DNA from: Chiloscyllium plagiosum
Lineage: Eukaryota
Assembly: GCF_004010195.1 (NCBI RefSeq)
Contig: NC_057751.1
Coordinates: 12,381,508-12,415,651 of the forward strand
DNA: 34,144 nt
Reading direction: 5' to 3'
Shown here: positions 13,156-23,950 of the stretch, one piece after another
Layout of the letters: each line of letters opens with the position of its first letter
How positions within the stretch are numbered: position 1 is the first letter of the stretch
Program-made: the position numbers and the translations under genes
Notes under the pieces: generated by a model
Seen by the model: the letters and a program-made list of their open reading frames with translations, nothing else
Told to the model about the DNA's origin: nothing
The model's database searches: none

Positions 13156-13445
13156 GTAAGGAACAAAAATAGTTTTTTTTGTCTTTTTCTTTGAACGTTT
13201 CTATTTGCCACATGTTAAAAATAATCAAAATGGGGGTGCAGGTTGAATAAAAGGATAAGGATGTTCGGTGGACATTCTAGCAACATTCAGTTGGGTCACA
13301 CAGAAACAAAGGAGCTAAAGTAGCCCATTCAGCCTCCCTGAATTTGCTTCACCATTAGTGACCTTAGGTAATCACTTAGCACAACACCATTTTCCTGCAG
13401 CATTCACATATCCCTTGATGTCTTTGGGAACGACACATCTATTAC

Positions 13446-14155
13446 AGTCATAGAGATGTACAGCATGGAAACAGATCCTTCGGTCCAATTCGTCCGTGCT
13501 GACCAGATATCCTAAATTAAGCTAATCCCATTTGCCCATTTCCCTCTAAACCCTTCCTATTCATATACCTATCCAGGTGCCTTTTACATGTTGTAGTTGT
13601 ACCAGCCTCCACCACTTCCTCTGGCAGCTCATTCCAAACATGTACCATCCTCTGCGTGAAAAAGTTGCCATTTTAAATCTTGCCCCTCTCACCATAAACG
13701 TATGCCATCTAGATCTGGACTCCCCCACCCCAGGGAAAAGACCTTATCTATTTACCCTATCCGTGCCCCTCATGATTTTATAAACCTCTTAAAAGTCACC
13801 CTCAGCCTCCGACACTCCAGGGAAAACAGTCCTATCCTATTCAGCCTTTCCCTATTGCTCAAACCCTCCAATCCTGGCAACATTGGTGTAAATCTTTTCT
13901 GAACTCTTTCAATGTTTCACAATATCCTTCCAATAGGAGGGAGACCAGATTGTACGCAGTATTCTAACAGTGGCCTGACCAATGACTGCAGATGCTGGAA
14001 ACCAGAGTCTAGATTAGAGTGGTGCTGGAAAAGCACAGCAGTTCAGGCAGCTCCTCGGATGCTGCCTGAACTGCTGTGCTTTTCCAGCATCACTCTAATC
14101 CTAACCAATGTCCTATACAGCCACAACATGACCTCCCACTCCTATACTCAATACT
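13446..14155 (-). mobile_element. Younger HER1-like CR1 LINE 3' end, 5' truncated
   Basis: Reverse complement of 24493-25030 (agtcatagagatgtacagcatggaaacagatccttcggtccaa..). Confidence 0.92.
13985..14099. mobile_element. Penelope-terminus-derived fold-back mini-insertion with 11-bp TSD
   Basis: Arms 14012-14051 and 14061-14100 are 39/40 complementary. Flanked by cctgaccaatg (13974-13984) and cctaaccaatg (14100-14110). The same terminus motif occurs at 19481-19531. Confidence 0.85.
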
Positions 14156-14969
14156 CAATGTTTGAATTTACACAACACTCTGGGATAGAGAATTTCAAAG
14201 ATTCACTATCCTCTGAGTGAAGAAATCCCTCATCAGCACACTCATAAATAACTTGTCTTTTAATCTGAGACTCTGTCTTCTGGTTCTTGAGCCTGTATCC
14301 AAGAAAAACATCTTTTCTGTTTCTACTCGATTGATCTTTTCCAAGCTGTCATACATTTCTGTGAGATTGCCTCTCGTTCTTCAAAACTCCAGATAATTCA
14401 AACCCAGTTGATTCAACCTCTCCTCAAAGGACAGTTTCACACTCCTTGAGATCAGTTTGATGGATCTCCGCTGTGCTGCCTCTAGCAAGTATATCCTTCC
14501 TTAGTCAATGGGACTAGAAATCCAAGTGCAGTCTCTACAGTGTTATATAAAACAAGATTAAATTAAAACAAGATTTCTTTGCTCCTGTGCTGAAATCCTC
14601 TTGTAATAAAAGTTTGCCTTCCGAATTTCTTGTTGTAACTGCATGACAGTTCTCAATGGCTCATGAACAAGGAAACCTAAATTCATCAACAGCTTCCAGC
14701 TTCTCACTATTTCAGGTATGCTCTGCACCTTCATTCCTCCTATCAAAGTGGATTCCAAAACAATTGCTGACATTGTATTCCATGTTCCATTTCCCCCAAC
14801 CCCATATGCTTAAATTGTGTTGCTTTCCAATTGGTGTCAGAGTGCAGTGCATTGCAAGGATTGAAGTGTTGGTCAATGGATGACTAGAGCTTGAGGCAAC
14901 ACATGGGATGAAGCCTCCAGGCACAGATTTAATCATAATTGGCAACCTGAACATCATCTCTTCCTGAAA

Positions 14970-15345
14970 AGAAGGATGCGCAATGTTCTATAAAACCAAT
15001 GAACCACATTTCTAAGCGAGTAATTGTTGTATTTTAAGAAGTGCAGCAGCCATTTAGTACACAGTAAATTCCCACAAACAGTGCAGAAGAAAGAAACTGT
15101 ATTTTCTAAGAGTGTTGGCTGAGGAAGAAACATTTGCCAGTGCACCAGACACAGCTTCCTAGCTCTTCTTTGAAATAATACTTGGGATCTCTTGCATGTA
15201 CTGGAGTAGGTTGATGGGGATCTCAGTTTCAGATCTGAATAGAAAAGCTGTATTTTTGTCAGTGCAGTGTTCCCTGGGGACTGCAGTGGTGTTTCTCAGT
15301 CTAAGCAGTGCGAACCTATAATCTTCTCATTCAGCAATAAGCAAC
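14970..15345 (-). mobile_element. DeuSINE (SacSINE1-like) remnant
   Basis: gcagccatttagtacacagtaaattcccacaaacag, gctcttctttgaaataa..gggatct and cagtgcagtgttccct..actgcagtgg resemble the Deu-domain. Reverse-complement similarity to 31055-31330. Confidence 0.7.
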
Positions 15346-15459
15346 TAGTGTTCTTGATTACTTTCCAAATATCATTGTAGCCTTTTTCTTTCACCTGCTT
15401 TCTGACCTTGCCTTATGATTCCTGCTGTATTTCCATTTGTTTCTTGTACTCGATTTGAA

Positions 15460-15695
15460 ATGCAGTTGATGCATTTATATCAGTCAACATGGCAGCTCAT
15501 TGTATACAACAAAGTCCCGGATGCAGAAAATGAGATGATTAATCAGTTCTTATTTGTGCTATTTAAAGTATTTTATTGCCACTTGGAGGAACCTCTCTTC
15601 AAATAGTCTCACAGGGTCTTCTGTGTCCTTAAACTGTGAATTGCAGTTTTATTTTAATGTGTCAGCTTAAAGCCTTGGCATGTAACCATAAAATG
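15460..15695 (-). mobile_element. Second, more decayed DeuSINE remnant
   Basis: aacatggcagctcattgtatacaacaaagtccc..aatgagatgattaatcag..ctcttcaaatagt follows the same order of motifs as 15040-15190. Confidence 0.5.
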
Positions 15696-15994
15696 TCAGT
15701 GTTGTTTAGATTGTAAACATGAGAATATCAAGATAGGAAATGGATTTTCTTGACCTAGTACAATGTATTTATGTCTGTTTCCATGTTAACACATTATTCA
15801 GATGTTCTAATTCACCATGTGACTCACGTTACAGTAAATTCACTTTTATTCTGGATGGCACTGCTGTTATGGTTCCAGCTACTGGTGCCACTGGACAAAT
15901 CTGATCCCAGAATTAATCTTGGCTTGACAAGATCTTGACATGAACAAAGCATAACATTAAAACACCACAACAGTATCTCAGGGAAAATGTCATG

Positions 15995-16199
15995 CAGTCT
16001 GTTCTACTGTAATGCAACAGTTCCGTTCCTATGTAATCCCACACTGAGAAAATCACCATTTTAAACCGATGGGACCGGCATCCCATTATAGCCAGTACAG
16101 GTAAAGAAAGTTTGTGTTCTACAAATAATGGTCTCAATTCTTCAACTGCATTATCGCCAATCCAAATTGAAGAAATGTGTGTTATAACAAAACCGACTG
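15995..16199. mobile_element. Tc1/mariner Tigger-type MITE
   Basis: Imperfect 21-bp TIRs cagtctgttctactgtaatgc and gtgttataacaaaaccgactg. TA on the right, TG (probably mutated TA) on the left. About 205 bp, non-coding. Confidence 0.7.
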
Positions 16200-16949
16200 T
16201 ACAATTGTAAAAGTTGCAAAGATTTCTAAATCTCCATCGATTCAACATTAGACATGTAGGGGCAGGTTGAATTTTGCTGTGGAAATGTAACAAACTCACT
16301 GAAGGACTTTTGACTCCTTGATAACAGAGCCCAAGACAAAGTCTAATATTCAGAAATGATAGCTAATTGCAAGAAACCTCATTTTAAGTAGGATACAGGG
16401 CAGATGTATCCATTATTTCAGGGCATTGCCACAGTTGAGATCAACAATGATGCAACCAACCTTCATTTGACTTGGGTGCAAGAGATATTAACCTCAACGT
16501 TAAAGGGTAGGTACTTACACACCATAAATCATTACAATAGAAGAGAGAAAATAGCAACCATGTAAGTCATCCTAACCATTACTCTGGGTGGAGATGTTTG
16601 TGTCACTTTGAACTTTCTTCATTTACCAAATTTAGTAGGAATTGAACTTGACTCAGTGTGCTGTGAATTAACATTCATTCTAGAACTTCTACCCCAAAGA
16701 TTGCAGAAAGGTAGTGCAGATCTTACATTTCTGTCAAACCTGAGACTAAAGAAGGCAGGAAGAAAAAGGCACCAAAACTGGATGGTAAGCAGCCACAAGA
16801 GGGCATTCTAGCCTTTAGATTTGCTCTCTCAGAACAAGATGGCACAGATTAAACGACCACTCGTGTTGTTTATGATGTAGAAGCAGTGGTTCTGGATCTT
16901 CTACCAATTTTGGATTCAAGCACCTCAGTTCATGAAGTGTCCACTATCT

Positions 16950-17440
16950 CTTTTTTATTCATTCCTGGAATGCAGGCATCACTGACTTGGCTGTCATTTA
17001 CGGTGAATGCCAAATTGCTCTTGAGAAGGTTGGTTGTGAGCTGCCTTTCTGAACCCCTGCAGTCCATGTGTTGTACGTAGACCCACAGTGCTGTTAGGAA
17101 GCGAGTTGATATGCAAGTGGTCTTGAATTGTAGCTTTACCAGGTAGACACTTCATCTGTAGGTATGTTCAGCGATGCTCCTAGTATGCTCGCCTGCACTC
17201 ATCATTAAATAGGATTCATGTCGCATTTTGTTGATAAAGATGGAGTGAGGTTTATGCTATGCCAAGAGGTTGCAGATTGTGTTGGAGTATGATTCTGCTG
17301 CTGATAATATCCTACAGCACTTCATGAATGCCCAGTCTTGAGATGTTACATCTGTTTGAAATCTGTCCCATTCAGCAAGATGGCAGTTCCACAGAGCGCA
17401 ATGGAAGGGATAAATATCCTGCATTTTGTTGAAGATGGTA
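16950..17440 (-). mobile_element. Family A LINE with a large internal deletion: 3' end joined to the post-endonuclease linker region
   Basis: 16950-17107 matches the family A 3' end. 17110-17440 encodes WNCHLAEWDRFQTDVTSQDW..ICNLLA, resembling the ORF2 linker between APE and RT. Confidence 0.7.
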
Positions 17441-17460
17441 ACAAAAAGGTAAACTTCCAA

Positions 17461-17660
17461 GGTAGTCATGATTTGGAGTTGCCAATGTTGGACTGATGTA
17501 CAAAGTAAAAAAATCACACAACACCAGTTTATGGTTCAACAGGTTTATTTGGAAGCACAAGCTTTTTGAGCTTGTGATGAAGGAGCAGCACTCTGAAAAC
17601 TAGCGCTTCCAAATAAACTTGTTGGACTATAACCTGGTCTGATGTGATTTTTAACTTTGT
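17461..17660. mobile_element. Penelope-terminus-derived fold-back mini-insertion with TSD and degenerate hammerhead core
   Basis: Imperfect inverted arms of about 65 bp (17499-17565 and 17596-17661). Direct repeat gtaaacttccaa at 17449-17460 and 17659-17670. Core (g)TGATGA-AGGAGCAGCACTCT-GAAA at 17574-17598. Confidence 0.85.
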
Positions 17661-18039
17661 AAACTTCCAATGAACCCATCAGAGGGGATCAGGAATCACG
17701 GAGCTATTGACAATTCGATGAATACTGAACTCACTGTATTAAGGATGGCAATCTGACAGAGAAACAATATTCCCTGATATTCTGAAGTTCCAGCTGCTGT
17801 CAACAGTTATTGGCAATGACCAGACCCTTCAAAAGGTTCCAGAAACCTCAAACTGGCAGTGTTGCAGGTGAACTGCACTGAACAGACAAAAAGTATAAGA
17901 GTGCAAACATTTCAGGGGATAATAAGCTGAGAAGGAGTTTATTGTCCTTCAATCAAGCATCATACCTTGGCAAAGCTTCAGAACTTTTCTGTAAACAGCA
18001 GTGTCCCCGCTATCAGAGAGGTCTAGGATGATGCAATTA

Positions 18040-18290
18040 CACAAGTTCTTCTGTTATGCATGCTGGAAATCTCAAGGCTTGGTTGCAGATTTATGAGCAT
18101 TGAAACTTCAGATAAGGTGGATAGTACCACAGCTCAATTGCATGCGACACCTCCTGACAAAAATGCACAGCATTGGGATGAGCATGATACACTCCCAGAA
18201 AGATTTCAAACTGAAGACCAGGCCCACTCAATCTCTTCACATTGGAGAACTGTCTCATTCCGGAAATCCATTTAGGGAACTTCTGCAGGC
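18040..18290 (+). mobile_element. Possible RTE-clade LINE remnant
   Basis: ORF 18100.. LQIRW..KMHSI..TRPTQSLHIGELSHSG resembles the RTE C-terminal LQIHW..IPSI..RLPKQLLYGELSHG. Confidence 0.4.
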
Positions 18291-19480
18291 TCCCAAACTG
18301 TACCAAGTTGACAGTTACTTCATAACACTCATCCACTTTTTCCTGAACAAATATTATTTGTTTACTCAGTAAGGTTGCTGCAACATAGATTTTCGACCAA
18401 GTTGACTTGTTGCTGTTGTCTATTGTGATTGTGTCTATTTGCACAGCATGATCTTCCTGTGGACTTCCAGTTGTTCATTTATACAATCTTGGAATAGTAA
18501 AATGAATAATAGGTCCAAGCTTTGAAAATTTTGTAGCACGTTAAGTGGTCACGTGTGCCTGTTTAATTATGAAGTTGCAGTAGTGACTGTAATCAATCTA
18601 AGTCCTGGATTGCTTTTGGCAGATGGAAGTATTACCATAATAATTACTCATTAGTGTTCAGGCAGTCATTGGGAATCAGTTAAGACATAACTTTTAGTGT
18701 GTGACATTTCAAAAACTTAGAACTGTTCGGGTGTTGATCTGAAGAAATGTAATGATTTAATGATTTATTGGATAACAAGAATGCATTTAAAAGCTTGTCA
18801 ACACTCCAGGCAGAAGAGTTATATCATTCAGACAGGATTCCACATAGGTATCTGAGGGAGGAAAGGTTAGAAATAGTGGAGGCTATGTCTTTAATATTCA
18901 TATACATTAAAAATATTCATTTTTAGAGTTTAGATTCCCAACTAATGGACTATGGGGTTTGGTGACTTCTATGAAGGGTTTACGAATAATTTAGTTACTC
19001 AGTCTTTGTGGTGCCATTACAAAATTCACTCTATGCAAGGGAGCAGGGAACCCTGGTACGTTAATTCAAAATGATTTGTATTGTATTAGGTTTAATACCA
19101 AGGATCCAAAAATTAGGAAACCCAGGGATTCATATCTTTCCCCTGTGACAAAATTATTGCTGCAACCTGAAGTGTGGCTTTGAGAAACATAATTGGCTTC
19201 CCCCAAGTGCAGAGTGTTATAGAGTATACGTATATTTCATTGAGAACATCATGTCATAATGCAGCTGACCTCAGTAATAGAAAAGGCTTCCATTTCATCA
19301 ATGTGCAAGACATTGGGACTACATCTTAGAGTTCTGAGCCAGGTACTGTAAGAACTGCCATAATGTCTGGGTCCTTGAGAGCTTTAATTTTCTAAGGTCA
19401 TTTCAATGACCAGGTGCCTTACAAGTTTCATAACTGGGTGATAATTGCAGCCCTCTGTGACATTGGCTAATGGCTCCTTT

Positions 19481-19531
19481 AGAGTCGAAAAGTATGGCGT
19501 GGGAAAAGCACAGCAGGTCAGGCAGCATCCA
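19481..19531. mobile_element. Short Penelope-like terminus fragment
   Basis: ggaaaagcacagcaggtcaggcagcatcc nearly matches the left hairpin arm at 14027-14051. Confidence 0.7.
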
Positions 19532-20369
19532 ATTTCAGAGATAGGTCCTTCTCCAGGAATGACTCCATTATTCAACTCCCTGACTGTGGAGCCCAGATAT
19601 AACAACAGGGTTATCACGGAGCAGTCGGGAGGTGGTTCTGATCTTGTATCTGTCATGTTTGATGAAAAGGGTGGCCTTAAAGTACATTCTGGACATAATC
19701 TTTGCATGTTGTGCTCTACGCAACTTGAACAGGCAAAGAGGGATGTGATGGAAGAGCTTAGAGAGAAGCAGCAGTCTTCCGAAACTTCGAGCTGAAGACA
19801 TGGAGCAGTAATAAACACCATCTTCTGCATGATCGAGTGCTGCAGTGTCAAGTACAACAAACCAGACAGTGCTAAATTGACAGCTGGTCTCAGTTGATGA
19901 GATGGATGCAATAGACACTCATAGGTTGTGGTGACAATTTCCAAGACTACCAATTTGCTTGGCACATGTCTTTTCAGAACAAATGTTGGTTGTGCCAGCA
20001 ACACCCACGTTCCAGGAAAGAAGAAATTTTTTAAAAAGTCTATCAGCAGTGGTAGGAAGATATTTGGGGGCAAGAATGTAGGGAAAAAAGTTATTGGATA
20101 CTTGTTAAAAATGTAGATATGTTGAAAGCAAATTGTGTTGAACTGAGTTGATTTGAGTTTGTAAAGTAATGGTAAACTTTTAAGGTATAGTTCTTTGATA
20201 TTGACCTTCAAGCAGCGTTTGCTAAAATACCAAAAAAATAGACTTCAGAGCGGTGTTTACATGATCGATGCAATGGCTTGAGTTATTAAGACCACTGCTG
20301 TTTTTGATATATATTCATGATGTTGACTCGTGTGTAGTTTCCAGATCATGCAAAACTCACATAAGTGAT

Positions 20370-20403
20370 AGAGAGAGAGAGAGAGAGCGAGAGAGAAAGA
20401 GAC
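20370..20403. repeat. (AG)n microsatellite
   Basis: agagagagagagagagagcgagagagaaagaga. Confidence 0.9.
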
Positions 20404-20494
20404 AATGTATTTCAAATCTGTTTGTCAATTATTGATGTTATGAAATTGTGATTTCACTGTAGCTGCTCATGATTGTGAATTTGATGTTTTTTAG

Positions 20495-20542
20495 GAAATA
20501 TTGATTATCTCAGATTGGCATGACCTCTGTCTCAGTGTTCAG
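20495..20542 (+). other. Candidate 48-nt exon, open in phase 0: EILIISDWHDLCLSVQ
   Basis: Acceptor tttgatgttttttag|G and consensus donor CAG|gtaaga. Length divisible by 3 with exactly one open frame. Confidence 0.45.
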
Positions 20543-21479
20543 GTAAGAGATTGTGTGTGTGTGTATGCCATGTCCTGTTACAGCACTGCATCCCCAAGTT
20601 TGCCAGCTCTATTTGGTAACCTGTAGTCTGTCCATTTTAATTAGCACATCCAAACCTTTGCCTCTAACATGTGATCTTCACCAAGCATAGACAAGTACTC
20701 AGACTATCATGAGCAACCCAAGCCTCCAGCCTTTCACTGACAAGATTGTTGAGCTTTTATTGATAAATGTGCAACTGAACCTGACACTGATAAGATAAGG
20801 AGTCAGTCACTAAATACCATAACAGCGAGTAATGATGAAAAAGTAGCTATTTGCTATTCAATGTGACATCTAGCTTTCCGGTTCCTCCCAGTGATTACCT
20901 TCAGCATTTTAATGGACATGTTGTCATGTCATGTTCTGGATAGCAGTGTGAATTATTCTTCCCAAAATTATAAAATGGTGAAAAGATTGGAGGATGAGGA
21001 AGACAATCAGTTATCACATTACAATTGTTAAAGATAATCAATTATTTCTAAAATTGAACTGTGAAAATGTAACATGTGAACTTTGCTTAGAATTAAAACA
21101 GCTAAACTGTGATTAAATTTTACTATGTGAAACACTACTCACTTAAACTACTCAGTGAAAAGTGAGTTACTGACAGTCATTAATCAACATATTTGTTGTT
21201 TTATTGAAACATGCAAAAAAGGTTGTTTTTAATAATACTTCGTGCAATTGTTTGGTCAAAATAATAAATTTTCCAACATCACTGTCATTTTCAAGGCTTT
21301 CATTTGGCATCTACCTAGCAAAATTACAAAGTTTTACTACTTGGGTATGCATACATTTGTCCCAAAAGAATCAGATATGTGCTTGCAAAGGGAGGTTGAA
21401 ATTTGTGTCTCTCAGCAGGCAACTCATAGTCATCAGTTGTTAAGTTTCAGTTTGAGACTAATTGATTGATTTTCATTGT

Positions 21480-21592
21480 TTAAAGATATTGTGGAATATG
21501 TGGCAAAGGTGGGCGTCTAGAATTTAGTTGGCGTGATCTGATGCAATGGCACAACATGCTTAAATGGCTGAATGACCTCCTACTGTTTCCAC
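21480..21592 (+). mobile_element. Decayed CR1 3' end fragment
   Basis: ggaatatgtggcaaaggtggg..gtgatctgatgcaatggc..aaatggctgaatgacctcctactgtttcc. Confidence 0.55.
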
Positions 21593-23377
21593 TTGCCTGT
21601 CCATTTTCCTGCTGATTGGCCAATAGCTTCCCCATTAAGATTGTTGTCATCCACGTTTGCAACATCATTGTGCCCATTGCAATTGAAACCTGGTAACTGA
21701 GCTGAATTACCTGCATTTAACTTGTGATTTTCAATTTAAGGATAGGGCTCAGCATCTCTCTGGGACGCATAAAATTGTTGTGCTACTAATCAGCAGAGCT
21801 GAACCATCTTGTGTTGTATTCTCTTCCAAGTTAAGCTCAATCATGAGTTAGGTAATTTGATCTTGGCTGGCACGTGGACTGAGATGGGTGAGAGAAGATG
21901 GGGAGGCGCAGAAGCTGAAGCCAGTTTAAATATTCAGTGATCTTGTCACTTTGCATTAAAAGTGATCCAACTAAACATGATTGCAAAGGTCTGCAGGCCA
22001 AATGTGTCTAATGATTGTACCGTTTTTGCATTAAATCATTAGCAAATGGTTTGTGGCAGCAATTAGACAATCACTTACTGTTGTTAAGAATGTATCTTTG
22101 TAGCAAGTATAGAGGATCCCTGAGACACCACATTCTTCCAGGGAATTTCACTGTTTCTTTTGAACATGGCACAAGGTTAAGGCTGTTAACAATTATCTTG
22201 TTGAAATGGGTGGCTTTAGACAGCTTTTCAACCCTTACTTAATGAACCCTGAGAAAATATCAGAATTTTAGTAAGGAGTTACTGTTTCTGATAGGCACTG
22301 TCATGGTACACCATCACTCTCACCCAAGTGACCTTGTAGAAATGGAGTTTTGGCCATCTGGTCTAGTGGTGACAAAGGTATTGATTTTCTGCTCGGGTCC
22401 AAGAAAACAAAGTCCACACTAATTTAATTTTATTAGTTCAACATCTAAGTACTTGGCTGCTGAATATGTGTTACCCTCTTGAATTTCCTTTTGTTTTTCC
22501 TGCTAAATATTTGCATTAATGGAAGGACTTTGATGGGGTGCTTTCAATTTATCATTTGAGACTTTAGGCAGTGCAGCATTTTTTTTCATATTGGTATGAA
22601 ATTACAAAATATTATTAAGTTCTTGCTGCTCCAATTGTTAAAACATTTGTTCGTTGAAGCCAGTGCTACACAATTGAGGGAATCTGTGATCCTGTATTGA
22701 GCCTTTGTGGAAGCTACTGGGATGGAAGCAGGAAATATTAATTTGGCTGTGATGCCCACTGGATTAGCAGGGAAGTATCAGCTAGGTTTTATCCACTTCT
22801 TCAAGATGTTGTGATGTAATATGCAGAATTGAATTGTTTAATGCAGCTCTGTGTGGAGATTGAAATCACACTCGAGAGATGCCAATGATGCGCTTGTGAA
22901 AAGATGCAACAAGTATTTCTGGATCACTGGCTGCCTCTTATCTGGATTCTGATGGTGAACTCCAAGAGGCAGTGTGCTGTGGCAGGCACATTTTAAGATC
23001 CAGGATAGGATATTTCTCTGGATCCTGGATGTTCAATTTGAGGTGATCAACTCACTGTTGCTCCAAGAGAGGAGTTGGTCTTTGCATTTGATTTCCTGAC
23101 AGCAAGTGGAAACTCTCACCTTTCAAAACAGTTCAAAATCAAAAAAGGTATTATTTTCATATTGGGACAATTTGTCCTCTAAACTGTCGAAAAGCCTCAA
23201 GTTCTCACCTTCTCTCATAACAGATTAGAGATGATTTCTCATTAAAGTTTATAACTTAGGTGTACAGTCATTCTTTTTCATAAATTGCCTGATAGTTCCT
23301 TTCTGGTTCTTTTACTGAGCTCTGGATATCCCTAATCAATTTCAAATGCTTTAGTTTTTCATGACTTTTCTTCCACT

Positions 23378-23950
23378 ATTGGAACATCATTCCTGTATAG
23401 GGCGGCACGGTGGCACAGTGGTTAGCACTGCTGCCTCACAGCGCCAGACACCCGGGTTCAATTCCTGCCTCAGGCGACTAACTGTGTGGAGTTTGCACGT
23501 TCTCCCCGTGTCTGCGTGGGTTTCCTCCGGGTGCTCCGGTTTCCTCTCACAGTCCAAAGATGTGCAGGTCAGGTGAATTGGCCATGCTAAATTGCCCGTA
23601 GTGTTAGGTAAGGGGTAAATGTAGGGGTATGGATGGGTTGCGCTTCGGCGGGGCGGTGTGGACTTGTTGGGCTGAAGGGCCTGTTTCCACACTGTAAGTA
23701 ATCTAATCTAATCATTACCTCCGAGTTCCAAGCCACACAACATCTGACTTGGAATTCTGTTCTGATGTTTCATTGTCGCCATAATAAAATCCTGGAACTC
23801 ACCACCTCACCGGACTATTCACCAGCTTCCCTGCACAGACTGCAGCAGTTCAAGGAGGGATTCAGCATCATCTTCAAGAGTAGTTGGGGATCGACAGCCG
23901 CTGCTAGTTTTTGCAGCAATGCCCACATCATATTGGAGGATAAAAAAAAA
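23378..23950 (+). mobile_element. Family A LINE 3' end interrupted by a V-SINE
   Basis: ggaacatcattcctg before the SINE and ttccaagccacac..tgacttggaa..aaaatcctggaactc..gactgcagcagttcaagg..gcccacatc after it, paralleling 10820-11070. Confidence 0.7.
23400..23713 (+). mobile_element. Full-length HE1-like V-SINE
   Basis: Starts gggcggcacggtggcacagtggttagc (tRNA head, A box), B box ggttcaattcc, V-domain, CR1-like 3' end gaagggcctgtttccacactgta and (aatct)n tail. CpG-rich, so probably young. Confidence 0.96.

Larger units (their letters stand above)
13297..14800 (-). mobile_element. Old CR1 LINE split into two pieces (13297-13445 and about 14155-14800) by a younger CR1
   Basis: 3' end motif ggagctaaagtagcccattcagcc, resuming after the insert at ctctgggatagagaatttcaaagattcactatcctctgagtgaagaaa. 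Confidence 0.75.

Noticed and set aside
15865..15956. tgttatg..cataaca terminal inverted motif suggesting an LTR remnant
   Set aside because: Only about 90 bp and no TSD, too weak to call.
19770..19870. Minus-strand peptide DHAEDGVYYC resembling the Ig/TCR V-domain DxAxYYC motif
   Set aside because: Asp spacing is off by one, there is no upstream Cys/Trp framework, and no CACAGTG heptamer or nonamer follows.
21595..21715. Minus-strand open stretch NSAQLPGFNCNGHNDVANVDDNNLNGEAIGQSAGKWT with a GC-type donor
   Set aside because: No polypyrimidine tract at the acceptor and no recognisable homolog.
22997..23032. 9-bp inverted repeat atccaggat / atcctggat
   Set aside because: Short enough to occur by chance, with no associated element.
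23400..23470. tRNA-like sequence with A and B boxes
   Set aside because: It is the SINE head and continues directly into the V-domain, so it is not a tRNA gene.
2201..23692. Recurring ORFs such as LAWPIHLTCTSLDCGRKPEHPEETHADTGR and LHVLPVSAWVSSGCSGF
   Set aside because: These are translations of V-SINE copies, not genes.
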